The notes: generated by a model from the sequence alone, not told the origin. Counted from the whole stretch's first letter, positions 1-11,887 are shown. The stretch is DNA of 63,174 nt, filler included, from Sluysia triapertura (GCA_046118255.1; 5 parts of 5 records of this genome joined end to end with filler, not necessarily neighbours in it), one strand, 5' to 3'. A program made the numbers and translations.

Positions 1-439
1 AATAGAATGGTTAAATACTATAATAATTATTAGGAAATAAAAATAAATAAATTAATTAATAAAATTAAATAATAATTATTTATTATTTAATAATAATAAT
101 ATATAATAATATATAATAATAATTATAATAATATTTATTATATTATTAAATAATAACTATTTTTTCTATTTACAGAATTTACAACAAATTATTTACAATA
201 AATTAAAATATTACATATTATATTACATATATTACAAATATTACATTTGCACATTTACAAAATAAAATATTCAATTATTAACAATGATCAACTTTATATC
301 AGTACAATGATCAATAAAATTTTAATTTTAAATTTTTAAACATTTTTGATGAGCGTCGCAAATCTAAACAAAATTTATTATTTTTTCAAAATTTACTACC
401 AATTTATTGCTCGTTTATTATTATTTTATTATGATGTAA

Positions 440-780
440 AATTTTATGATTTTAAAATTTTATAGCTTCAAATATAAAATCTGTACTACAAAAAAGTCTT
501 TCCATAGTTAATTCTAACTACGCAAAATATTAATTAAAATATTTTTGATTACATATTTCGAAGATTACTAAAAGCTTTTAAAGGTAAGGCCAACTAAAGG
601 AGTTTCCTTTTTAACCAACGTTACAAATTTTTTTTACTCATATCTACAAAATCCAACGGCTGGCCCTAGCTGGTAAGTCCAGTACGTTGATGAAGTCACG
701 TTAAGCTTTTACTTTATTCTATTGCCTTACTTTTAATTTTCTCATATAGAATAAACTGGTGCCCAGAGTGAGCACCAGTA
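440..780 (-). repeat. Third (inverted) copy of the hairpin-bearing repeat, with PBS-like TGGTGCTC at 770-777
   Basis: The reverse complement of 648-702 matches 7017-7070, and 455-515 matches ~7290-7355. Confidence 0.7.
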
Positions 781-1338
781 TTGAAATAATATAAAAGATA
801 AAAGGTTTTAAGAAGAATTTAAGGACCAGTATTGAAATAATATAAATAAACATAAAGATTTTTAAAAAGAATTTGTAACGAATTTTTAAATAATTTTTTA
901 AATAATTTATTTTAAAACCATGATATACTGAGGGGAAAATTTTAAATTAAAATCTTATAATATTTGATTAAAGATCCTTAAATTAATTACTTGATTTTTA
1001 TTCTTAATTTGTTAAATACATTTTTAGCTTTTATACATAAAATATGTAGTATCATTTTAATAAAATCGTTGTTCGAGTATAAGTTTTAATTTATATAAGA
1101 TTATGTGAGACCATCGTTAGCACTGGGATTATATATTTAGTTAGAGACATGTTTTATAAATAAATATATTAAGATTATTAACTTAAAGTTACAGGAACAC
1201 CCACTATATGTTGTAAGTCGTTTATTGTAACTGGACCCTGATAAATTTTATTTTGCTGTAGGTTTAGATATAAGGAAACCACAGCACACACACATACTTA
1301 AATAAAAATTACATATCAAAAACTACAAATTTAGTATT

Positions 1339-1855
1339 TATAAATGTTCAAAATGTCCACCTTGAATTTCGATATAAGCACAACAGTTTTTGACAACACT
1401 GCGACATACTTTCTGGCAAGTTTCCTCTGAAATCTGGAAAATCTGGTGATTCTTCACAAAATGGTACACAATTCTGACAAAATTTTAATCGTTTATCGGG
1501 ATTATCCTCATTTAGGGCAGCATGAAGAAAATGACATGCAAGATATGGTGAAATGAAGTTCGAGAAATGTCAGCTCTTTCGATGCCTGGTGGATAGATTT
1601 TTTAGGAGAGTAAACAAATGAGGCTGACCTGTTTTTAGGTGAATGAACTGTTTTTGGATAACCTTCTTTAGGAGCATTTGACTCACTTTCAGTTACTTCC
1701 AATTGCATACGAGATTGAACATTGTTGTCTTACTCGGTATAGGTGTTCTGATTTGTGCTTCCCATCATTCTTCAACATGCTTGTAGCTAGTCCTTGCATA
1801 GTAATTCTTAATGACGAAGATGCGTTCATTTAAGTCTAAAGTCCTTCGCTGTATT
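1339..1855 (-). mobile_element. Internally deleted Tc1/mariner transposase remnant (DUF4817-HTH type)
   Basis: Frameshifted translation gives LNERIFVIK..YY..PSKTTMFNLV (HTH), then GYPKTV..SPKKSIHQASKEL, then PY..LHAALNEDNPDKRLKFC..ESPDFP. This is fused directly to the family's typical C-terminus EETCQKVCRSVVKNCCAYIEIQGGHFEHL*. The DDD core is absent and TIRs were not resolved. Confidence 0.8.
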
Positions 1856-2093
1856 TTTAAGAATGAGGGTCCAGAAACGTAATGACATCAGAACAAAATC
1901 AATAAGATCACGCAGCAAAAGTCAATCCAAAGACTACTATTTGCAGAAGGAAATGAATAGTATCGAAAATTACATAAAAGAAGAAATTACATTTGTCGTT
2001 TTTGATATCTAATTTTTATTTAAGTTTGCGATTCGGTTACTTTTGAGTTTTATCTTACTTAGACTTACGAATAAAGTAAAAGATTTTCTTATG

Positions 2094-3050
2094 GTGAGTC
2101 CACCAACGTACTAGGCCTACCACTTAGGGCTAGCCGTTGGGTTTAAATGAAAAAAAACTTTATATGGTGGTCAAAATTTTACTTGCACATTATGGCTTAG
2201 TAGTTGGGTACAAAATTCCTTATAAATACTAACTATGAGTTTACAATAAATCCTATTAAATGGATTTGTAAATCAATTTTACAGCACCAGAATAAAATTG
2301 GAAAAATCGTATACAATTAACATAATTTATTATTTTGTAACCATACAATTTGCGTTGGATACGTTAAAATGAATCCTTTATCCAAAAATATCAAATAAAA
2401 ATAATTTACCAAAATATATTAGATACAAAATAGTTTACAAGATAATCAGTAATATTTTACGTTATTAATTATAAATGAGTTAATAAAATAATAACGATAA
2501 TTTAAAAAATGATTTTACAGATGAGCCTTAAATTGATTCCAAAATTTTATACAAAATATTTTAAGTGGATTTTACTAACGTATCTATTAAATGATACTAC
2601 AACTTATAAAAATTAAACTAACGATTTGCCCGAATTGTCCTCAAAAGCAAATATTTAAAAACAGTTTGTAAATTTAACTTGTGTGGTTTATGTGAAAATG
2701 TTACTTACTATATAGTAATTTTAGTCGTCCTTGAACGACTTCGGACAAACAAAAAATTTTAGCATTACTATTTAGTAAATATCAAAATTTTAAAATTTAC
2801 AAAAATAATCATTAATAATCATTAAAATAATAATTTAAAATTTACAAATAATATTTAAAATATTATTAAAATAACAAATTTAAAAATTAAACATAATAAT
2901 ATGAAATTTTACAAATAATATACTTACATATACCATAATAATTCCAATTAAATTGTTAAATCAATACAATTAATAAATAACACATAATGAATAAACAACA
3001 ACTGCAGAATAAACAATAATTGCACACCTAATGATCAATAGCACACATTA
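2094..3050 (+). repeat. Second copy of the hairpin-bearing dispersed repeat
   Basis: GTGAGTCCACCAACGTACTAGGCCTACCACTTAGGGCTAGCCGTTGG is nearly identical to 7020-7066. Shared downstream block at ~2268-2320. The right boundary is approximate. Confidence 0.7.
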
Positions 3051-3715
3051 TATATGTGTTCTATAATGTTCTAAAACATTATAGTAGCTTCTATTCTACT
3101 TTTAGAAGCAAATTTTTTTCGAAAATAAATTTCTTTTTTGGAAAAATGATATTTTTAAATGATTTAGAGGGTTGAACACAACAAAGCCAAATTCACTTTC
3201 AAAATCTATAATGTACATTTTAAAACTCATTAAAACCATTTTTATACATAGTTCCATACCAACATAATCAAAATCATTTTTTTCAATATCGCACAATTAC
3301 TTTTTTAGAATGCACCAAAACCTAGGCTATAATTTATTTTCTTCCAATAAGCCACTCTCTTTTCAATACATTTTAAATTCACAATTTTATATCAAAACAA
3401 TACTTACGTCCAAAATCATTAATACACATTCAAATTTCATTTAGGACATTTTAACTCATAACCTCACAACATTAGAACTACAATTTAAATCTTAAACTAT
3501 CAAATATACAACAATCTAATCCAAAACATTTCAAGTTCATAATTTTTCAACACTCAATTTTATAGAGCATCGAAAAATATTAAAGTCACATAAAATCAAT
3601 TTAAGACATAGTAATCAAAAAAGAACTAACAATACGGTAAATAAAGAGATTACAAATTTGTTAAGAAAAAGAAATCTAAATATTAAGGAATATCGTGTTA
3701 TTAATAAGACAACAT

Positions 3716-3858
3716 NNNNNNNNNNNNNNNNNNNNNNNNNNNNNNNNNNNNNNNNNNNNNNNNNNNNNNNNNNNNNNNNNNNNNNNNNNNNNNNNNNNNN
3801 NNNNNNNNNNNNNNNNNNNNNNNNNNNNNNNNNNNNNNNNNNNNNNNNNNNNNNNNNN
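3716..3858. other. Assembly gap (143 N, no linker)
   Basis: Plain N run. Confidence 0.97.
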
Positions 3859-4845
3859 TTATTATTTAATTAATTTCATTAACTAGTAATTACTACTACC
3901 AATGGTGACATTGTTAGTTTCTATGTATAAATCATTGTCATCATTGATAGTGGTTTGCCTCACAGTATGAAAGATTTTTAGTGTTATAGGTTATCTAACC
4001 ATAGTAGCTATTTTCATTATTTTTATACCACTGGTTGAACAACCAATGAAAAGGACACACAATTTTGATAATTTTTATGTTTTATTTCACAGTAATTTTT
4101 GCAGTACTCAAAAGAATAATAAAATTCATTTTAAAAGATTACTTTTCTCAATTGTTGAACAAATAATAAAAATTTCATTTTAGAGATTATTGTTGTTTAT
4201 CAATCAGTAATTTACTGTTGTTTTTACTTTAAAAAAAATTAAGGGAAATTAATAATAAACAAGATATGGATTTTAATATAATAACCCGAAGAAATAATGA
4301 TAAAGAAAGTCGTGAAATGACTACTCTACTATTCAGTGTTGTAACTGATGGCCTCATTGTTCAAGTTGAACATGCAAAAGTTTTGAAATTAAATGCCGAA
4401 AGATGTGATTTAACTATTAAACTTTTATTTTTAGATGAAGATAATTTTAACTATTTAGTAAAGAACATTATTTGTTTTGTTGAAACAATGTTGATCAAAT
4501 CCAAGAGATTATTTAAAACAATCTGATTCATATGTTGAAGAAATTTTATCCCATGTCAAACATAATACCAATGGTCCAAAAATTATTAGTGTTAAAGATA
4601 AATGTTCAAGTGAAATGAAAGTGATTAAAGGTAGACATGCATGTGATATATTTAAGCGAAAGTTTGAAGTAAAATTATGTTTTTATATCTATGTTGTTAA
4701 AAATGATTTTAAAGCTATGAAAGAACGATTTTTTGAGTTTTATATAGACTTACAGAAAAATTATGCTCAAAATGTACTGTTTTAAGTTTGATTATTGATA
4801 ATGTAAACGAAATAGAAATTATTCATAAGCACTTTAAGTTGAATA

Positions 4846-4920
4846 TTAACCTCTTAATGCACAATTTAAAAAAAACCGTGCACGCTCGTGTTAATACGTT
4901 TCTGCGCGTTAAGGGGTTAA
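4846..4920. mobile_element. 67-bp piggyBac-type mini element flanked by TTAA
   Basis: TTAA-CCTCTTAATGCAC ... GCGCGTTAAGGGG-TTAA; 10 of 13 TIR positions match. Confidence 0.65.
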
Positions 4921-5226
4921 TGACTTGTTTTTTAAGTATTATTTATCCGACAAGTATGGTTCTAATGTCACATTAAAGAATCCACAAGACGTTGTCATTA
5001 TGTTGGAAATAGAAAAACGAATTCAACAAAATTTATTATATATAAGTCAATTTTAATTATTTAAATCGTTAGTAAGACCAGAAATAATTGGGGAACTGAG
5101 AATGTCGACACCTCCAGAGATTCCACTCCGCGGCAATATAACTATTTAAAAATCGGCTTTGAAAGAGAGAGTTTTTTAATTTGATACATTCACTAAAGGA
5201 CAATTTCAGGTCTGGATGATAAATCA

Positions 5227-5312
5227 CTTCGCTTCAAGTCTGGTTGGTGCATGTACGCCGTAATTCAAAGTATGGTCGTAATTGTACATACGCACACTAT
5301 ATAAGTGAACTC
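5227..5312 (+). pseudogene. CCCH zinc-finger relic within a GC-richer decayed coding patch (~5090-5418)
   Basis: LRFKSGWCMY/RNSKYGRNCTYAHYISEL with one frameshift fits the KT.LC...C.YG..C.YAH...EL pattern; the second Cys is lost. Confidence 0.55.
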
Positions 5313-5470
5313 ACAGATAACTTCTCTTGGACGTCATGCTTGACAAATCATGGTCATCGAATTCGACAACATGCTTTATCGTTGAGAGGATGTCTTCAGA
5401 AAACAACAAATGCCATAATTTAGAAGTATTCGTATTTTTTATTATAATTTTGTTGATACTTATATAACCA

Positions 5471-6467
5471 TGTTTTATTATTATTTAATATTTTTTAGAC
5501 ATGTAAAAAATCAGGCTTTGAAACACGTCGAGGAAATCATTTATCAGAAAAGACTTTTAAATTTAACTTGTAATAAATTTTTCAAATTGATTATAGCAGA
5601 TGTCAAAGGTGTTCTTTATTTATTTTATGTAAAATATTGTTGTCTTAATTAAATTAAAGAAAGAATTTCCTAAGTTTTGTCTTAGCATAAAGAATCAACA
5701 AAAACATGTAAGATCTTATTTTTATTTAAAACTCACACAATTTAAATCACAACAAAATTGGTGTCAGGAGTTAAAAGAAACCCAGTCATTTCCTCGACAT
5801 GTTTCAAATCCACGTTTTATGAGTTTATTTCAAATTATAAGGACATAAACCTTTTAAATTATAATAATATTGTAGTAAAATATACAAATAATCATAACAT
5901 TAATTTTAATAATAATAAATTTGCATATAATATGTATATGTCTTTTGACAAGTATATAAATATAAATAAAAACATATATAACAATATAAATATGTTCAGA
6001 AGTACCATCAAAGAGTATTTTGTACATAGCAGACTTCTCAAATACAATAATACTACAACATCAACACTTTCACTTAGTAATTTCACTGATCATGACAATA
6101 AACCTCAACAAAACATAACTAATATATCCACAAAACCTCAAAATAACCATACATCTCTGAATACAAACACAGATCAGTACTCCTCAATATACCTTCACGC
6201 AATGCCATATGTATCAAACATAAATTGAATAAAATAAAGCTAAGTAAAATACAGAAAAACATTACAAATTTAGGTAACACCATCAAACCGTCCCAAAATA
6301 CATCTATTAACAACATCAATTCCTAAAGTGCGTCGCGATCAACATCCATCATTATGTATGTCTTGTTCTACTAATACCCCTATGATTGATGTAGTCAACC
6401 TCAATCAGTACATTATAAGAATTAATGAGTTACCATCAAACATACGTTTGAAACTTCTTAAACCATA
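5471..6467 (+). mobile_element. Putative LTR (5471-5754) + tRNA-Leu-type PBS (5759-5771) + decayed N/T/H-rich ORF
   Basis: A TG...CA-bounded ~284-bp segment is followed 4 nt later by TGGTGTCAGGAGT, a common Gypsy tRNA-Leu PBS. An A/C-rich ORF (5758-6228) and stop-interrupted continuation follow. No second LTR was found and the LTR start is a guess. Confidence 0.5.
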
Positions 6468-6891
6468 AACACATCGTATTTTTATCAAATTCTTGCATAA
6501 AATTTTAATTAAAAACAATGTCTTTTCTGTTCAAAACGTTTGGAGATTTGTACAGTCTGTAAAGGTGTAAAAATTATTATTTTTATTTTATATTTTAGTT
6601 AAATTTAAAAAATTGTAAAAAGAATAATAAAAATTATAAAAATTATCATTTCTATTTACAAAAAAATGTAAATTAAAAAAGAATTTAAAAGAATGTTTCA
6701 CAACAGAGAATTGTTTTATTAAAGTCATTTATAAATGTCTTTATGAATATAGAAAGAACACAAAGAAGAAGAAACTATAATTAATTTAACATAAACCATA
6801 ATTGATTTGTCAGCTGTTTAATTAATTCGTCATTTTTGTAATTCAATCCATTCGTCATCATAAAGTTATTAATTATTTTATATCTTAATCT

Positions 6892-8150
6892 TGGTGCTCC
6901 AGCAATTCTCAAATTCGTCAAACATCCAACGGCATTATATCCCGCGTCTATGATAAGAGAGATTACAACTGTGGGGATTTTAAGATAAGATACTTATAGA
7001 ATAAAATAAGATTTTTAACGTGAGTCCACCAACGTACTAGGCTTACCAGTTAGGGCTAGCCGTTGGACTTATAGAAAAAAGATTTCTTAAGTAAAGGTGG
7101 AATAACTTCCTAAAGTGTCTGCAAATTTAGTATGACACTCTTAACTCAGTGAGTCTATTCAAATATTTTACTGTCTTTCAATATAACAATTCAGAATGGA
7201 AGTTAATGCAAATATTAATTTAAAAAATTATTAAAAGTAGTTTGCGTAAATCCTATGAAAAGGATTTGTAATAAATGATTTTACGATATCAGAATTAAAT
7301 TATGATAAGAGAAAGCTTTGCTACAGTAGGGATTTTATATTTAAAACTATAAAAATTAATTATTAATAAAAATGAAGTCTATAACAATTTATAATGTATA
7401 CTTAATAGGGTACAAATGCAAATATAAAAATTAATAAGTTACGGAGAATTATGGAGAATTATTGGTTAATTCTTCAAATAATAATAATTTATTAATAATT
7501 TTTTGGGAAACTATTATAAGTTTCGAAAATTAATTACAAAAATTTAGTGAATTTTACGGGAATATTGTTTACATTCAAAACTTAACATAATAAACTAACG
7601 TAGTATTTTTTTAAAAGGAAAAATTCGGTAAGTTTTATATTCATTTTTCCAAAATTTGTAAACTCTTTAAAGATTATGCCACTATTGTTCACTCTTCGTT
7701 CGAATAAAATATTTATAAAAATTGGTTGAAGTTGTCAAAAAAATATTGTGTGAAAGTTGTAAATTTTATGAGAATTTATACCTAATTTAACTGGCCTTGG
7801 CCAGATTAAAATAAAATATTTATTTTAATTATTAAAACAAAAATAATTCGATTTAAGTTTAATTTTAAAAAATATTAAAGTTTACATTTAATTAATAAAA
7901 TTACTCACGTTAGTTTATTCCAAAAACAATAATTATAACAATAATTAATTCAATAAAAATCGATAATTAAAACAAAACAGTCATTAATAAATTTTTAATC
8001 ATTATATAATTCAATCAATTCGATCAATTTATTATTTAACATTATTCAGCGCACAAATTAATCACTTTTACAATACGTTTGCACAATACGTCAATACATT
8101 TGTACTTTGTACACAACTTTCAATTATCAACAAACTGAGCAATCAAATTA
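6892..8150 (+). mobile_element. Dispersed ~1-kb repeat copy: PBS-like motif + conserved hairpin + AT-rich leader (probably LTR-retrotransposon 5' region)
   Basis: TGGTGCTCCAG at 6892-6902 and the hairpin at 7020-7070. Downstream blocks (AAATCCTATnAAAnGGATTTGTAA; GATTTTATATTTnAAnCTATAAAA) are shared with the copies at 2094 onward and at 1-780 (minus). The right boundary is approximate. Confidence 0.55.
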
Positions 8151-10009
8151 TTTGGGAAAAACAATTCTAGAGCTCGAACACTCTTTTGTTAATTAAATTT
8201 TTAAGTTTGTTTTGTATAGTTTGAACACTCAAATTGAGTTAAAATATCCACGTAAAATATCAAATTTTCGGTTTGTCATTAAGATCAATCATAAAATCAA
8301 TTTAAAATCTAAATTCATCGCTTTTTAGTTGGCCCTTAAGGTCAATTATAAAATACTTATTAATAGGTAGAGTCTTCGGGCTAGACCTTTATTATGAATC
8401 ATTTTTTATTATTATTATACTTTTATTATTTACAAAATTTTTGATTATTAATATTTTTCTTTTTAATTTTATAAATTCGTCATTGTATTATTTTAATTTT
8501 TTTCAATTTATTCAATTTGTCGTATAATAAAATTTGAAGTTTTTTGTTTATGAGAATTTTGTGTTAAATTCCTGAATATAAGTCGAACTTACGTCTTTTA
8601 TATTATAGGAAATTTAAAAAATTAGATATGTTGTTATTAGTGGAAATAAGTGAATTACAGCGTAAACTCTTTAATGTATTAAGTAATTGAAGTTAAGCTT
8701 AAGAAATAAAAGAATAATACGTTTTTATATAAATATTAACTTAAATATTGTATATTCCCAAGGTTGGTTGTAATTATTTTTTAAATCATTTATTATCAGA
8801 CGATTTTGTCCATTATTGTTTTAGTTAAGGCAACGAGTATTTTTATACAGTTAATTTTTTAGAATTGTTTTCACGTAATTTTACAGGTACGCCTTTAGTA
8901 AGTCGTATACTGTAAACGGACTCTGAATAATAATACTCCCAGCAAGTCTGTAAATTATGGTACATGGTTCATGAAGTACCGTAATATATGGTACATGGTT
9001 CATGAAGTTGTATTATACATAATGCTAAAAGAAATTAATAATTTAGAAATTGATTCCAACTTAGTGTTAAGTTTTGCGTTAACTATTTCTCGTTGCTTCA
9101 ATGATGTTCGCGTATATAGAATCGACTCTACAAAAGATAAAAGTACGAATATTAGTACATTTATATCAGATTTTGATACTTATAATGTCGCCGCATGTCA
9201 TAGTAAATTCATAGCAGATTATTCAACAGAACTTAGTGTCATAAACAATCTTGTTACTGCAACAATCTCACCTCTAACCGACTTTTTATAAATCAACAGA
9301 ATTATATACTATATAAAACAGCACAATGCCCGTTTCAATCGAATGATTTAGGTCAATGTAGTAAATTCGGACAATCTTGCGTCTTTTATCAAAATATCAA
9401 TGAAATTAGTTATATTGATACTAAATCAAATGTTATTTATGATCATATACAACAATCTAATAATGGCAAATTAAAATAATGTTAAAGTTAAAAACAAATT
9501 GAAAGGTAACAAGAATTATAATGATGTCGTTGAAGTTATACAAATAACTTTGAATTTGAAGTAACTTTATTCTTTTGTTTTCGAACACTATTTAATGCTT
9601 ATCCCTTTTATTTTAGGAATCCACAATTAGAGAAATTCGACTTTATTTATCAGAAAAATATAATGTATACCATTCAAAACTTTAAATCGTAATAACAAAG
9701 TTGTGGAGGGCGTCAAGTAATTTAATTCTAATAAATTATAATTAGTTCTATTTAATTTTAATAAATTATGTTTAATTCTATTTATTTTCGAATATGTATT
9801 AAAAAATTTAAAGAATTTAATTAACAAAAAACTATCGAACTTTACTTTAAAAACAATTAGTGAAATACAAAATTTTTTTATCAATGAACTAGGCCTAATG
9901 CCTTTAAAAAGTAACGAGTTTAATAAAATGACAAAATTTGAGATTTTATTTATACTGTAAAATATAACAAAAAATATATAACAGTACTCACATCACTATA
10001 AGCAAAGAA

Positions 10010-11095
10010 TCTAGAGAAATGAGTGATACGAATATTGACAGTGCAATACTATGTTTCAAAAACGAATAATAGATGATATGAGTAATGATATGGGCAATAA
10101 AATATTGTTTATTAAGAAATTACTGCTGGTAACAATTATCAATAGTAACAAATGGATCCATCCAAACAATACAAATTGCTTAAAATAATATTTTTTGTCA
10201 ATATCAAAACGAAAATCACTAAACCAATTAAATAACAATGCAGTTAATCTTCTTTAACCAATAAAATTCGAAAATAACCAATGAGACTTTCTCCGAACAA
10301 GAAATAATTTGATGTGAACAAAAAAAAGACAAAGAACGAAATAACTTCAAACCATAGTAACGGTAAATATTATAACCGATTTTGATGACTGCATGGAAAA
10401 CCTTTATTTGAATTAGCATTACTAATATAAGTGAAACTATCGGTCCATGTGATCCATATATAACATTTTGAGCAGCAGTTCGTGCAATTTCAATATTGAT
10501 TGGTAGCTTTGCTGACAAAGTAGCATTTGGTTGTGTAGATTGTGGATTTCTTTTAATACTAATGCTACATTTCCTGTAAACGAATTCCATTCTGATAAAG
10601 CTGGAGTGTTCATTTTTCCAAATTCATTTCTATAATCGAAATTTTTCTCTATAGTAGCATCACTTGTAGACTTACAAACAACAATTGGTGCTTTCAGTGA
10701 ATATGAATCTTCCAAATTATTTGTAATTCCAAATCCACAGTTTTACTAGAATTATTGATGGTTAATTTAATTGTTATTTTTGTCGAATTTTTTGGTAAAT
10801 TATAATCAGTCAAATAAACATTACAACTGAATACTGGTGTATCAATTTCGATAAGTTTTATCAGAGGATCATCAAATGAAATTTCTAAATTTTGAAATAT
10901 TCCATAGATAAGTGAAAGTTGATCAGTCACTATTGATGGATAATCCAACTGAACTGAGTATCTATTTTGAACATGCACTGCTTTTGTTTCTTCTTTCAGG
11001 TTTGCTTTCCACTCACCAAGTAACTTTTTAACGCTTATATCATTATTAAATTCATGATTTAAAAATATAATTAATATTAAGAACATAAACCACAT
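10010..11095 (-). pseudogene. Frameshifted membrane-protein gene (signal peptide, ectodomain, hydrophobic segments); possibly a divergent pentameric ligand-gated ion channel
   Basis: Four overlapping ORFs tile one strand with frameshifts. The N-terminus is hydrophobic (MWFMFLILIIFL) and the C-terminus has TM-like segments. The family assignment is weak. Confidence 0.45.
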
Positions 11096-11887
11096 AATAA
11101 TTGATTTTTTAACATCATAAATAAATATTTTTATATTTAGATGAAACCATTATGTATTTGACGAAACATTTGTATAATATTCTAATAAAAAGAAACTAAA
11201 ACAACTTATGCATTTAATTTGAAACAATGATTTATTAAGTTTTATATGCATAATAAAATATGAATTGCAAAATATTTTCATGCTTGCTTATTATTTTAAA
11301 TAAATTGTTATTATCATATTATAAATTAATAATAATAATTTTAAATTTAATTAAAATTAAAAAATAGATTTAATCCAATTTAATATTTGTTAAAGTATTT
11401 CGAAAAATCCGAATTTTTTTAATTATTAATGATAAGCATAAACTGATTAATCGATTTGATAAAAATACCAAGAAATAAAATCATGAAAGTTATTCGAAGT
11501 TATTTGCGAAATGATTTTTTCTAATTAGGATGGTAGTTCAATTAAATTTCGATGATTACTTCTTCGTACTGGTGGACTCGAGCTCAAATTAATTTCAGCA
11601 TTTCTGATTTGTCTAACGTATATCTTTTGCGAACATGGTATTCGAATAATTGACTTTCTGTGAGACAGTTAAATGGAAATGTTGTAGTTATTGAAGGTCA
11701 AATTTTATAACAGATATTAAATAAATACTTTGTAGATCAGCAAATAGACATGTAGATACAAAAATGGGAAAAACAAAAGAATAAAAAGAAAGAATGATAA
11801 TAATGATAATAATAACGTGGTTATTATGTTTATTAATACTACCATTGTTGATGTTGATATGAAATTTATTATGAAAATTATTATAAA

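Noticed and set aside
3658-3886. ORFs spanning the N gap
   Set aside because: Artefacts of N translation.
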